DNA of 63,731 bases, the filler included, from Ministeria vibrans ATCC 50519 (taxonomy: Eukaryota; Protista; Filasterea), in assembly GCA_943704425.1 (NCBI GenBank). It is 9 parts of 9 records of this genome, joined end to end, with 100 filler letters (N's around TTAATTAATTAA, not from the genome) between each part and the next. Parts side by side here need not be neighbours in the genome. Positions count along the whole stretch, not along the records: positions 1 to 20,336 come from CALSCP010001768.1; 8 more parts are not named here. The stretch is one strand, 5' to 3'. The notes under the pieces are model-generated. The model made no database searches. It had not been told where the DNA came from and was given only the letters and a program-made list of their open reading frames with translations. Positions 1 to 13,193 of this stretch are shown here, in pieces. A program made the position numbers and the translations under genes. The stretch's first letter is position 1; each line of letters opens with the position of its first letter.

Positions 1-33
<33 letters not shown>

Positions 34-82
34 CACTTAGTCCATTTTGGGCTCAACGCTCACCTATTCGATCGTGGCGTAG

Positions 83-477
83 AAGGAAATCCATCAGCTT
101 GTGGACAGAGCTCTGACGTTTGACGGGGAAGACGACGCAAGCCATGTACGGTTGGAGAGAGCAGAGGGGAAAGGGACTAAAGAGTGCGCTGACGAGACTT
201 GTATTCGACACTTGTGCGCTGTGTAGGACGCATACGACTGCTTCCTGCGCGCCGTCGTGAAAATAGCGTCCGTGGCACTGGACGACCATTTGCGTGACAG
301 CTTTACGCGACAAGAGCGCCGAAAAGTGCTCAAACTGCTTGAAGTGGGCTGTCACTGTCTTGACCGGGCCAAGTCCCTTCTGTCCACCATGGATGACTAC
401 AACTCGCTCGCAAGCACCCCGCCTGTGTCGCCTCACCAGCAACAGTCACAGCGACAGTCTGAACATCATCAACAACC

Positions 478-519
<42 letters not shown>

Positions 520-2112
520 TCACGCGCGTCTACACTCTGCACCTACCATAACACCCGACTGGGCCACCAATTCTTGCGAATCTTGTCACAGCGACAGCGG
601 CACCACCGCTTCGTCTCCACAACCGGCCACAGACTCACCCCCGATCAACCTATTGCCTCGCTCGGTGAGTGTCGCGTCGTGTGTTGCCCCAAAACTCCAC
701 CCGCCACAGACCCCCCCAAGTGGCTTGAGCAACGCCAGCGTTAGCGGTGTTGCAGTCGTCGGGAAACGCCTCATGACTCCAATGGAACGCGCTCAGCTGC
801 TAAACCAGTCGCTGGACCAGCGCCTGCGTGCCTGTGAGTCGCTTCCGCCGAGTCGTCGCAGTGCCATGCGCCTCTCACTTGCTCGCCAGAAGGACGCCAA
901 CATTGCGTTTGCGCAGGTCCAACAGACGCGTCTTAAGCAGAAGCTGATGGCACACCAACAGAAGATGGTGGAACGAGCGGAAATGGCTCGAAAGAAAGCA
1001 GAGGTGAGAGCACGGGGATTCCAAAGAGAGGGAGAGAAAAAAATCATAACCATCATTATTTTTTATTGTACAACCAGCAAACTGCGCTGAGTGGGAGTGC
1101 ACAAGACGACAAGATTGCACAGCAAGTGCGGTTGTTTGATCAGCAGAACCATACAGGAACCGGAGCACTGGCTGCGACAGTGAGTGAGAGCGAAGCGCGT
1201 GCAACAGTGCTTGTGGAGTGCGTGTTGCGGCACACGCAACACCCTCTGTCGTTGGAGCTGGCCCAGAGACAGTACCGGTGCATTCAGGAGCACCAGAGGG
1301 CCGCTGATGCGACCGCACTGCTTTTGGCCCGTGAAGATGTACTGTCGATGGTCAGTTCGGTTCATGCACTGTTTCTGCAGGCGTACCCTCTGCTCGCAAA
1401 TGCCTCTCAGGACACGCTTGAGCATTCGCGCTTTGCTCTGGAAGAGGCGGCTCTGCCGCCCCTTACACCCGTACTTCTCCAGGGCTACTCCATTGTCGAG
1501 TCTGATCGCGACAGTGCACTCGCGGCACTGCTTCAGCGCCACTCGGACGCCCATCCGTCCCTCTTGAATGTCCCCAAGCAGTTTTGGCTTGAAAGCGAAC
1601 AGAAGAGCGACGAGGAGAGCGACGGGGTGGAAAATGATCAACAAGAGCAGAGCACCCCAATGCCCTACATATTGGCTATAGAGGCGCTCAGAGGGCTCTC
1701 CTTACACAACACGGCCTTTAAGAAGCTCGAAGTGCTCGTTCAAGTGACCCGTTTAATCTGCCAGGCTGTCTCTGACTTCCATCATCCTCTTTCCATCACT
1801 GTGTACGTTTATTTCTGTGTCTTTTCCTCACAAAGACAAAGAGAGACGACACACATACACATACTACAAAGACAGGCACACATATAAATTATCCCCCTAA
1901 CCCTAACTCTTCTTCCCCTCTCCAGTGGTGGCGACGACCTTGTCCCGCTCGTCAGCCTTGTCATCATGCGTGCGCAGCCTCCATCCCTCCTGGCGCAGTG
2001 TCGCTTTATGGCTGACTATGTTCCCGATGACTTCCTTCGTGGCGAAGAGGGATACTGTCTCAGTAATGTCCAGATTGCAATTGATCATATCAATGCCACA
2101 CTCTCTCTGTAA
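83..2112 (+). CDS. VPS9D1: MIT + VPS9 domain Rab GEF (VPS9D1-like), multi-exon, 5' end probably missing
   Basis: Spliced translation: MIT-like KEIHQLVDRALTFD..DAYDCFLRAV, polyQ, coiled coil, then VPS9 motifs FKKLEVLVQVTRLICQAV, VGGDDLVPLVSLVIMRA, FLRGEEGYCLSNVQIAIDHI. Stop TAA at 2110-2112. Confidence 0.85.
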
Positions 2113-2237
2113 CATAATAACTTTTTTAATAATAATAATTAATAGTGATAACAATATTTCATTTCATATAATATAATTAATTAGTATAAGATATAAGAGA
2201 GAGGGAGAGAGAGAGAGAGAGAGAGAGAGAAGTCTGT

Positions 2238-3317
2238 TCAAATGGAGACTGGCTGTATCTGAGGGTGCGCGGGAAGAATGTCGGGATGGCGGGAAAAGAC
2301 ACGGAAACGATCTTGTGAACGCCACTGCTCAGCATACCTACAAGACGACACACGCGATGCATTGCGTGAGCGTGAGTTCCATATCCAATTTTATCTCAAA
2401 CTCTCAATTACTATAATTCTATCACTTTGATATTTTATCTCTCTCTCTCTCTCTCTTGAACTCTCTCTCTCTTGAACTCTCTTGAACTCTCTCTCTTGAA
2501 CTCTCTCTCTTGAACTCTCTCTCTTGAACTCTCTCTCTTGAACTCTCTCTCTTGAACTCTCTCTCTTGAACTCTCTCTCTCTTGAACTCTCTCTCTTGAA
2601 CTCTCTCTCTTGAACTCTCTCTCTTGAACTCTCTCTCTTGAACTCTCTCTCTTGAACTCTCTCTCTTGAACTCTCTCTCTTGAACTCTCTCTCTTGAACT
2701 CTCTCTCTTGAACTCTCTCTTGAACTCTCTCTTGAACTCTCTCCGTCTCTTACCCATCACTAAAGTAGGCAATGAGTCTAAGGTTGGCACCCCAGTCCGT
2801 AATGCCGACCTTGCGCAGGCCTCCCGGCACGTCGTCCTTGCTGCTCTCAACGCAGTTAATTTGCCGACACAGCTGCCGGTACAGCATCAGCCCTCCGTCC
2901 GGATGGACTGAGTCGCTCCAGCATAGTCCGTCGGTCCATCGCTTGATTGAGCCTCCCAGATAAAATATGTAAACGTTGCCCGGACGGATTTCGGCTGCTT
3001 TGGGGCGTTCGGTGCACAGGCGCACATTGGCCTGCTCGGGGCACTTCTGGATGTACGAGAGAAGTTCGCGAGCGGAGTGCTCGGTGCGCACAAGACCCTG
3101 GAAAGTGACCCCAGGAAGGGAACAGGCGCAGTCGAGTGAATGGCCACACGTCGCAGTGATGAGAGACTGGTCGCGCAGTGTCTGTAGCTGCTGCTGCTGC
3201 TGGTGGTGCTGCTGCAGTTGAAGCTGCTGGAAACGGTGGTGCTGCTGTTGGACGTGGAGCTGCTGCTGCTGCTGTTGTTGTTGTTGTTGCTGTTGCTGTT
3301 CCTGTTGCTGTTGTTGT

Positions 3318-3358
<41 letters not shown>

Positions 3359-4801
3359 GTGGTGGTGTTGGAAGGCAAAGGGGATGGTGTTGGACTGGGA
3401 CAGTACAGTGGCAGTCGCGGGGGAGGGAATGGCGGCAGGGGCGCCGTGGAGGACGCGAAGATGGTGGTATTGCTGGGGAAGCGGGGGTGGGGGTTGTGTG
3501 ATTGGGGTGATGAGAGGGAAAGGAGCAGGGGTGAGGAGCGGCGATTGGAGGTAGGACGGGGCGGCTACGACACCGACTGCTGCTGCTCCTGCTGCTCCTG
3601 TGGCCGTCACGTCGTACGGGACACTGACAAAGGGCAGTGCACCCATGTACGGGAGCATAACATTGGTGATGTTGTTGCTGCTGCCGCCACCGTTGAGGAG
3701 GGTGGGAGTTGGCGTAGGAAGGTGATCGTGCATCAGTGATGGTGCATTCTTGCTGTTACTGGTGCTGTTGATCTTTACTACACGCTTTGGTCGACGCACC
3801 TTAGCCCCGCCCGAGCCTGCTGCTAATGCTGATACATTCTGGGCACGCGCCCGGCCAGATGCCGTCGCTGTTGCTGACGCTGCTAATGTTGGTGAGGTGG
3901 TGGTGTTTGCTGCTGTTGCGTAGACGTCCGGCGCAACTTCCGTATCGGTCAAATCGTCGTCAGCCTCCTCCTCGTCGTCGTCGTCGTCGCCATCGTCAAA
4001 TACATGATCATCATCGTCCTCTTCGTGGGTAGAGTCGTCGATATCGTAGTCGGCGTCGTCGTCGTTGCGGTCCTTACACACACGCCCACCTCTCGCCTTG
4101 GTTTTCTTGCTGTTTCGTGACTCGTCAATCGTCAGTGAGGCTTTCACCACCACCGATGCATTCGTGCTTGACACAGGAAGCACTTGTGGGCGGCTCTGGA
4201 GGCTACTGTGGCTGTTGCTAGCTGTGGAGGGCCTCTTGGATGTCACGCTGCCGTTATTTCGTAGGCAATCTTTGTCGGCAGCATCGCCGTCGTCGTCGTC
4301 TTCGAAATCCCTGCAGTACGTACCGGGTGCACTGATATCGGGCTGGTGAGAGGGAGCGCGGGGCAGATCCGAGACGGGGAGGGACAGGAGACCTTGGTGT
4401 TGTCGCTGTTCTTCGGCCTGTAGGTCCAAGCGCATCTGCTCGTGCCGAAAGTCGGCGTCGCTTCTGCTTGCGTCGCCTTGAGACACCAGCGTTGGTGCCT
4501 CGTGGCCGTCTGCGGCGGCGTGGAGCGGCTGCGGTGCGAGCGCACGCGGCACATACGCTTGAGGTGAAAATCCAGACGAAGAAGCGACCGCCGCTGGGAA
4601 AAGGCCCATTGGGGGCGACAGCATCGACGGAGACAGCATTCCTGGGGGCATTCCCGCCGGCGCCCGGAGCATCGGTGCGGCTTGCGGGCTGTACGCCGAC
4701 GACGGTACATGGGATCTTGGGAAGAAGCCAGACGCCACAAAGGGACTTGGGGGAGCCGCACACGGCACCCCGCCCACCCCGCTGCTGGAATAGTCCGACA
4801 T
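2238..4801 (-). CDS. Gti1/Pac2 (WOPR-domain) transcription factor-like protein with long low-complexity/polyQ N-terminus, 2 exons
   Basis: C-terminal TFQGLVRTEHSA..IRPGNVYIF..SIKRWTDGLCWSDS..LMLYRQL..GLRK..LRLIAYF matches the WOPR motif order. Intron about 2752-2338 (GTAAGA..CTTGTAG) joins in frame to GYAEQWRSQDRFRVFSRHPDIL..*. Confidence 0.8.
2438..2742. repeat. (CT)n-TGAA minisatellite filling the intron of the WOPR gene
   Basis: Tandem CTCTCTCTTGAA-type units of about 10-16 nt. The same unit recurs at about 14980-15090. Confidence 0.95.
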
Positions 4802-5218
4802 CACCACCTCGTCCTATGCATTCGACCAATTTGTGGTCAGAACTCTCTTTTTTTTCTCTTTCTCTCCTTAGCATGCCTGAAGAGTTGATGACGTCGCGAC
4901 AAAGTGCAGCGTCCTTTTTTTTTTTTTTTTCCGGTGCCGCAAAGACGCAAAAGAAGGTTTTGGGCGCCGGAAAGTGCCGGGGCGGTGTGCAATCCTCTCA
5001 GACGCAGCTACGTACTGGTTGTCTATGCGGCCACTGGGCGTATGGATTCGCGTGGCAAAATGTCAAACAATTTTCAATGTTTTTGAAAAAAAAAAAAATT
5101 GTCGATACTCGACGAAAAAATGGGCAGAACGAACTACAAAAAAAAATTATTCACATTTCACAAAATTAATAAAAATAAACCACAAGACACATAGTTATTT
5201 TATTTTTATCATTAGCCC

Positions 5219-6776
5219 ATGTCACGAATAGCCCAAGTGACTATGCCTGTGGACGAGGCGCGTGCAGTGCAACATCTCGCGCACGGCTTGGCGGCGTATG
5301 CTCGACTTGCTGGCGAACTCACGGTAAAATAGGGTCGCACACCGACTGTCGGGGGTAGGGTTGGACTTGAGAGTGCATGTGAGGGACTGCGCAGTGATTG
5401 ACAAAACGCGAAGGGAGAGAATCACCTTGACAACCGTTTCGTTTCCTCTCGTCAGAATGACACTACGACGGTCCGCCTTAAAGCCCTGGTCGCCCTGTGT
5501 GCCCTGATACACGATCCCGAGCGCATTGCCGAGGCTATCCGCCACGACTTGCATCGAATTGTCGTCGAGAGGCTGGTGGAGGACAAGACAGTCAACATCC
5601 GCATCAAAGCGAGCGAATTCACCGCAACGCTGGCGGCCCACGCGATCGGACGCGCCGCCTTGTTGCACGTTGATGCAGTAGATGCACTCCAGAAGGTGCT
5701 TGCGGACGAGGACCGCGCAGTGCGTCTTAATGCCCAGGAGACGCTGCGTGCCATGGTGTCGGGCTCGCCCTCCGACACCCCCACCATTTTCAACAGCAAA
5801 CCGTCGCTGATTGCCGATATTGTTTGCCGAATCCGCGACGAAACAGACAACACAGTCCGCACTCGAGCGCTGGGTACGCTCTACTATTGCGCCAAGGAGA
5901 GCGCCCGTGAGGCACTCGAGCACAACGCCGTGCCAATCTGTGTCAATCTCCTTGATGATACAGTGACGGATGCGCAAGTACTCGAGGCAGCAGCAAAGGC
6001 ACTTGTTGTGCTTGCAGATTCCATGCAAGGAAAGAAGGTAAGGTCATATCAGAGAGAACAGGAGAAAGAAAAAAAACAAGTAGCGAGAGAGAGAGAGAGA
6101 CCCAACAAGGATAATTTTTCTATCTGTACAGGCGAGTGTCGAGGCAAACGCACTCTCTGCTCTGCTTCTGCTGCTTGACAGTCGCCACTCGAGCGTCTCT
6201 GTGCGCTCTGCTGCTGCTGCTGCTCTCATGAGCATTACTGTGGCTCGTGAAGCCAAGTTTGCCGCACTCTCTGCAAATGCCCTTGAGATTCTCCCAAAGG
6301 CGCTCGAAAGAGAAACAGTGAGTGACAAACCATTTCACCAACCCCCCCCCAAGTTATTGCTATGCTTTGTTTTAGGCATTTCCTGTCGTGCTGAACGTTG
6401 TCAAGACAATCACCAACGTGGCGGAAGCACCAAAGGGGCGAAAAGGACTCGCAACAACACTCAAACGAGTAAGAGAGAGAGGAGAGGAGGAAGAAAGAAC
6501 AAATCCAGAGAGAGGGAGAGGAGGAAGAAAGAACAAATCCAGAGAGAGGGAGAGGAGGAAGAAAGAACAAACAGAGAGAGAGGGAGAGGAGAGAGAAAGA
6601 ACAAATAGAGAGAGAGAGAGAGAGAAAGAACGAATAGAGAGAGAGAGAAGGAAGCACAGTAATAACACTGATTGAGGTGAGTGTAGTTGAGGGAATTGAA
6701 AGAAGATCCTGAGACTGTGGCAGTGTTGCGCAAGGCCGTTGAGCGAGCCCTTGAAGTGGTTACTTGGGAACCATAA
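5219..6776 (+). CDS. RSPH14: Radial spoke head 14 (RTDR1) armadillo-repeat protein, multi-exon
   Basis: VRLKALVALCALIHDPERI, LAAHAIGRAALL, MQGKK, AAAALMSITVAREAKFAAL, NVAEAPKGRK and terminal VVTWEP* parallel RSPH14. Confidence 0.85.
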
Positions 6777-6948
6777 ATTAGTCACCCAAATAAAGAGAAT
6801 AAAGAATAATAAGAAGAAGAAGAATACAACCCGTATATTAATGATACAGTCACCACGCGAAGACACAGCCAGACCGCCTTGCAAACTCAACCGAAACTCT
6901 ACAGGTAACATGGGAGAACAGTGGCAGGTTAGAGTGCTGTGTCGTCTA

Positions 6949-7021
<73 letters not shown>

Positions 7022-7240
7022 TGTAAATCCAAGTCACTAGATCATGTAGTTTTGAGTCTAATCGACCGTGCAAGAGTTTAGAGTTTGATAGAGTCAAGAT
7101 TCAAAAATGCATCAAAGATCATATCAAATATGCGTAAAATAAATGAATATTGAATAAGGTTTAAAGATAAGAAAGTAAAAACTGAAACTAAAAGTCTAAA
7201 ACTCATTGTTTTTTATTTTATATAAAAAGAAAGAACTAAC

Positions 7241-10200
7241 ATGTTCGCCAACGTGAAAGGCCGCGGTAGCGCCACCAGTGCATCCGGAACACTCATCGTG
7301 CGATGCGTTGGAGCGCAAGGCATCGTGCAGCCCGGAAAGAGCTGTACGGAAAACACCCCTATTTAACCCATCCTCTGACTCTCTCTCTCTCGCTCTGTGT
7401 TCTCCCTCTCTCGCTTCCCGCGTGCCTCCCCCTCCCCGCCTCCCCCCTCGCGCCTTCCTCTCGCGTGCAGCCCCCCCGCAAAGCGCCGTGGTGACCGTTG
7501 AAGTCGACGGGCGTGACGTCGCAACCAGCAACGGAGCAGCCGCCAACGCCCCGTCGCCCGTGTGGGGCCAGGACCTCAAAATCGAGCTGGAGAAGGCCGA
7601 CACGGTCGTCCTGCAGGTGTGCGATGCCAAAATGGTCGGCGAAGACAACATCTGCGGCGCACACGAACTCGACTTGAAAGTGCTGCGCAACGACAACCAC
7701 CCGCGCCGCCACAAAGTAGACCTCAAGCCGACCGGCATCCTCCACATTGAACTCCGCTGGGACTGCAAGGGCAAGTGGGACACCCTCTCGACCGGTACGC
7801 TCAAGCGTCTTTCTCTCGTTCCCCCAAATGCTAAAAATAATAATCTTTTTTTTTCTCTCCCCTCTCTCTCTCTTCTTGACAGGTTTTGACTGCTCCCACG
7901 CACTGCACCACGGCTCGGTTCTCGTCAAGTACCCTCGTGGGTCCTTTGGCACCCCCCACGAGCGCTTCTTCTGGGTTGCCGAAGACGGCATCAGTCTGTT
8001 CTGGCTGTCAAACAAGGGAAAGATGCAGCGCAAGTCAAGTATGCATTTTGACACAGAGAGAGACAGAGAGAGAGAGGGAGAGAGACAGAGAAAACAAGTG
8101 ATAGAGAGAGGGAAACAAAGTGATAAAGAGAGAGAGAGAAACAAAGTAGAGAGAGTGAGAGAAAGAGACGTTTCTTGAACGCTCTCATTTACATATGCTA
8201 ATGTTTTACTCTTTCCTTTTAGTTCCTATTTCGCAAATCCGTGAGATCCGCAAAGGTCAAAAGACCGACCGGTTCAAGAAGTTCTCCAAGATTTACGGGT
8301 CGCGCAACAAGACAAGCTTCTCGATCATTTACGGCAGTGAGTACGCCTCACTTGACGTAATTGCCGGTGACGACGATGAGGTGCGTGTGTGGTGCGTGGG
8401 ACTGCAGCACCTCATTGACAAGAACGCGGGCAAGGCCGCCGCCAGCGGTGGCGAATCAAGCGGTGGCGCCGCTGCCTCTTCGCTGTCGGGCTTGGAGCTG
8501 CGCGAACGCCGATTGCGCAAGGTGTGGGACCAGGGCGACAAGAACGGCGATGGCCAGTTGACGCTGGTCGAGGTGGAGAAGCTCTTGCCGGTGCTCAATT
8601 GTCCGATGAACAAGAAGAAGGTGCGCCAGCTTTTTGACGCGGCCAACACATCGGGCACCACGCTCGATTTTGGTGAGTTTGTCACCTTCTATACGGCGCT
8701 CACGGAGCGCGAGGAGGTTACGGCGCTGATGAATCGTTACTCTGGTGGCAAGGACACGCTCACAGTCGACCAGCTGCGCAAGTTTTTGACGGAGACGCAA
8801 CGCGAAGTGGGCCGCAACATTGACTCACTGCTGACGTCTTATGAGCCGTCGGATGAGGCGCGCGCAGCCAAGATGATGACACGCGATGGTTTCACGGCAC
8901 TGCTGTTCGGGCCAGAGTGCAGCGTTTTCCAGGAGGCGCACGGCCGTGTGTACCAGGACATGGACCATCCGCTTACTGACTACTACATGGCGAGCAGCCA
9001 CAACACCTATCTGCTCGAGGACCAGCTCAAGGGCCCGTCGTCCGTCGAGGCGTACATCCGTGCGCTGCGTGACGGCTGCCGCTGCGTCGAGCTGGACTGC
9101 TGGGATGGGCCCGACGATGAGCCCATTGTGTACCATGGCCTCACGCTCACGAGCAAGATCCTCTTCAAGGACATTGTCGCCGCCATCAAGGAGCACGCAT
9201 TTGCATCGTCCCCGTACCCCGTTGTGCTATCACTTGAAAACCACTGCAGTGTGCCGCAGCAGGCGATTATGGCGCAGCATCTTACGAGCATCCTGGGCAG
9301 CATGTTGGCGCAGGGCGACCCCGACGAGACACGCGAGAAGATGCCGTCGCCCGAGGAGCTCAAGGGCAAGGTGCTGTGCAAGGCCAAGCGACCCAAGGTC
9401 GATGATGACGGCGCCGCAGCAGCAGCAAAGGCAGCAGAAGAAGCAGCAGCAGCAGCAGCAGATGACTCGGATGATTCCGACTCGGACGACGACGACGACA
9501 ATGAGGAAGTGCCCAAGATCAGCGAGGAGGAGAAGGCGCAGCTGGCGCTGAAAAAGAAGAAGGTCAAAGTAGCGCCCGAGCTGGCGCGGCTCATTTTGTA
9601 CTGCCAGGCGGTGCACTTTCATTCATTTGAGGACTCGGCCAAGCGCGGCAAGTACTACCAGATGTCGTCGTTTGGCGAGGCCAAAACTCGCAAGTTGAGC
9701 GCCAAGAACAGCAACGCCTTTATGCTGTACAACCAGAAGCAGTTTAGTCGTGTTTACCCTGCGGGCAGTCGCGTCGACTCGTCCAACTACGACCCGACCT
9801 TTGCGTGGAATGCCGGTTGTCAGATTGTTGCTCTCAACTACCAGACCCCCGGGCGCTCCATGCAGCTCAACCGCGGTCGTTTCCGTCAGAACGGTGCCTG
9901 TGGCTACGTCCTCAAGCCGGCGGTCATGCGCGACCCAAACTCCGCCTACGACGTGAACGCCAAGAAGCCCGCAAAGGGCGTTCTCAGAAAGACCATTACT
10001 GTTCGCGTACGAAAATTTGATCATTTGTGTATGTGTGAGTGTTTTGTTTTGTCTCCTTACTGTTGTTATGTTCGTGCGTGTTGTAGGTCATTTCTGGGCA
10101 GAACCTGCCGAAACCTGGAGAGAAATCCAAGGGAGAAGTGATTGATCCGTATGTGGTGGTGGAGTTGGTGGGAGTGCCCGCAGACGCAGCACAGCACACT

Positions 10201-10748
10201 ACCAAAGTAAACCCTAAAGACAAAAAACTGATAGAGAGAGAGAGAGGAGTGCGTGTGTGTGTGAGAGAGAGTATGCGTTGAAACTAATCCTTTTCTCTCT
10301 AACACACACACAGACTGTTGATGACAATGGATTTAACCCCATGTGGGACGAGACGTTTGTCTTCAACACGATCATGCCCGACGTTGCACTGCTGCGCTTC
10401 AAGGTTATGGACAAGGACCTTGATGCCGATGACTTTATCGGCCAATTCTGCTGTCCCGTCGATTCACTCGCGCAGGGTATATACCATAACACACAACCTC
10501 ACAGACGCTGTTACGCACACCAAACACACTGAACCATTCACTTACGTTGAAGCACTCACTCTCATCGACTCACTCTGACTGAACTACACACGCCTTCTCT
10601 CACTCACACTGAACCACACACTCTCGACCCTCTTGTGTTTCTCGTAGGATTCCGCACAGTCCACCTTGAGCGTGTTGATGGTCTGCGTCTCGAACAGGGT
10701 TGGCTCTTTGTTGAGATTAAGATTGACGTTGAGGTTCCCAAGATCTGA
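7241..10748 (+). CDS. PLC: Phosphoinositide phospholipase C (delta-like: PH, EF, X, Y, C2) with an extra N-terminal C2 domain
   Basis: X box [40 protein letters not shown] box [31 protein letters not shown]2 [29 protein letters not shown] introns. Confidence 0.97.
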
Positions 10749-10846
10749 TTTTGCCTTCTCTTTTCTGAATTCTGCGTGTGCCTTCACATCTTTTTTATGG
10801 CTTTGATTCAAATACATCGCAAAAAAAAAAGTTTTATACTACAATG

Positions 10847-12832
10847 TTAGTATCTGATTCTCTTCTGATTGTGCGCAGGCTTGAAGAGGAAGAGGATTCT
10901 TGGAGAGTACTGGAAGTGCGCACAAAGCGACGAGAGCGCACACCTAGCACCATAAGGGTTGTCATTTAGGGTTGTCGTAATGGTTAGGGTTTTGGGTTGT
11001 ACACTTTTTAAAAGAAACTCACCAGCCGTTTGGGGTCGTGTGTTGGGAGGTGGGTGTGGTGGTGGCAGTGGTGCAACTGACAAGGGTGGCTCAGAGACCT
11101 GTCTGTGCGCGCGAGAATGTGCTCTGACGCGTGAAGATGCCGTGGCGGGCCGTCTTGACGCGGACTGCTGTCGTTTCTTGTCTTCGTCGGCACTCGTTTG
11201 TGCATCCGACGACAACACCACCGTCTGTCCCAACTGCTGATCACGCTCGCCCAGTTGCGCACGCCATCGCCTCAACTCCTCCAACACATCCTCACGCGTA
11301 CTCGTCTCCTCCGCCTCATCCACTTCATCGTATTCCATCACACCCTTCCTCTTCTTCTTCTTCTTCGTCGCCACACTTCCATACACAACTGCACTCGCTC
11401 GCTTGCCCAACGCCACTGTCTCACCATCACCATCACCTCTAGCAGCAGCCACTTGAGTCTCATCATGCGACGAACGCTTTCTCCGCGACCGCAATGCCAA
11501 CGCCGGATTCCCCACCACCACCGCCCCATCTTCACCCCCGTGTGTCAGTCGCGACGATTCCTCTTGCCCTCCTGCTGTCGAGGGCCGCCGCACCTCTCCT
11601 CCCCGTGACCCATTACTCCCCCCCCTTTCATATTCACTCGCATGCTCTGCCATCATATCCAGCGCACTCTTCTGAATCAATCGTGTCACCAACCGTCGAT
11701 CATAGTGTGTCTCAGCACTCCCTATGCCATCATGAAACGCACTCACTGGCTTATCATCCAGCACTTTCAATCGTGGCAGGACTTCCACGACACTTATTCG
11801 ATAGTTGTACGAGCTCCGCTCCTCCTCTTCATCGTCGTCGTCGCTCGTGCTCTCGCTGCTCTCACTTTCAATGTCGGCTAATGTGATTCGGTCAGACAGT
11901 CCGCTAGAGTTGACCTGTCATTTTAAAACGTCATTATTATTGATCAAAGTCCGCCGTCACTTTTCATTTTCGCTCACCTTTGATTTCCGCTTTGGTGCGC
12001 GACAAATGGGATTTCCTTCAAGAGTCAAGTGAGTGAGATGTTCAAGGAACATCAAATGGCCCACTTGGTCAATGTCCGACACGCGGTTGCCTTCCAAATC
12101 AATCACCGTGAGGTGCTCAAGGAGCGCCAAAGGACTCAGGTCACTTACGCTGTTGTACGCAACGTACAGCTCCCCTAACCGACCCAAACTGCTGATTCCA
12201 TCCAAGTCGCGTAGACCACATCGGCCCAACCAGAGCACACGCACTCCTTGAAGATGCGTGCCAATGTCACGAACCGATGAAAGCATGCTGCCACTCAACT
12301 TCAGCTGCTCAAGTCTCGGCACAAGCTCACCAAACCCTTCCAGCGATGCCCCGCGCGTGTCCACCTGAAGGTCAACACGCGTCACGCTGTCCAGACTGTC
12401 GACAGAAAGGCGCTCTGCAAGCACATTGGCCGTAATGGGCTGAGGTGAAAAGAAAAACAAAAATGTACATTCAACATTTCAAATAAACAGCCAAAATGAA
12501 GTGAAAAAGAACTTTCAAGTGAGGGGGCGACCGTACAGGCTGAAGAAGAGGCTCGCAAAAGCCGGCAACGCGTCGACCCATTGACGTGGTGGGACGAGGC
12601 GGAAACGAATTTGATATTTTGTCGCTGTTGTCAACGTTGTCTCCAACGAAGACACATGCTGCTGCTGTTGAGGCGGCGGTTGGCGGTGCTGGCTGATGTT
12701 GCGTGTCAACATCGTCATGATGACTCCTATAGGCAGGTTAGTGGATTGACTTGCGGACAAGAGCAAAATACACCATTTATCATACGTTGGCGCCAACGGC
12801 TTCAGCCGACCCGACGGAGGTCGATGGTTCAT
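10847..12832 (-). CDS. LRRC56: Leucine-rich repeat protein 56 (ODA8-like dynein assembly factor), multi-exon
   Basis: LQVDTRGASLEGFGELVPRLEQLKLSGSMLSSVRDIGTHL..LWLGRCGLRDLDGI..LYVAYNSVSDLSPL..IDLEGNRV..LTLEGNPIC, LRRcap LPRLKVLDD, and RPSTA/RPATA motifs. Confidence 0.88.
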
Positions 12833-13193
12833 CAAAACACAACCTGTTCAAGGCCACAAACCAATCTCAAAGCTAGTGAGAAGTGAAAAGTGCGTAATTA
12901 ATAATAATAATAAGAAGAAAATAAATAGTAGAAGGATACAACCTATTAATGATACAGTCACCACGCGAAGTCACAACCAGATATAAATAGAGAATCGAGA
13001 GCTGTACTCAATGTCAAAACAAAACCAATAAAATAATTATTAATATTATATTTTCTATAATAAAAAAATTATCATTATTATTATTATTATTGTTATTGTT
13101 CGAATAGTTTTGAAATGAGCTCAGGAAAATAAAAAAAAACGAGAACCAAGTGTATGTATTCATATTGCAGGCTTGAAAAGTAAATGAAAGTGT

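Noticed and set aside
2422-2850. REFKRESSRERVQE repeat protein
   Set aside because: It is the translation of an intronic minisatellite.
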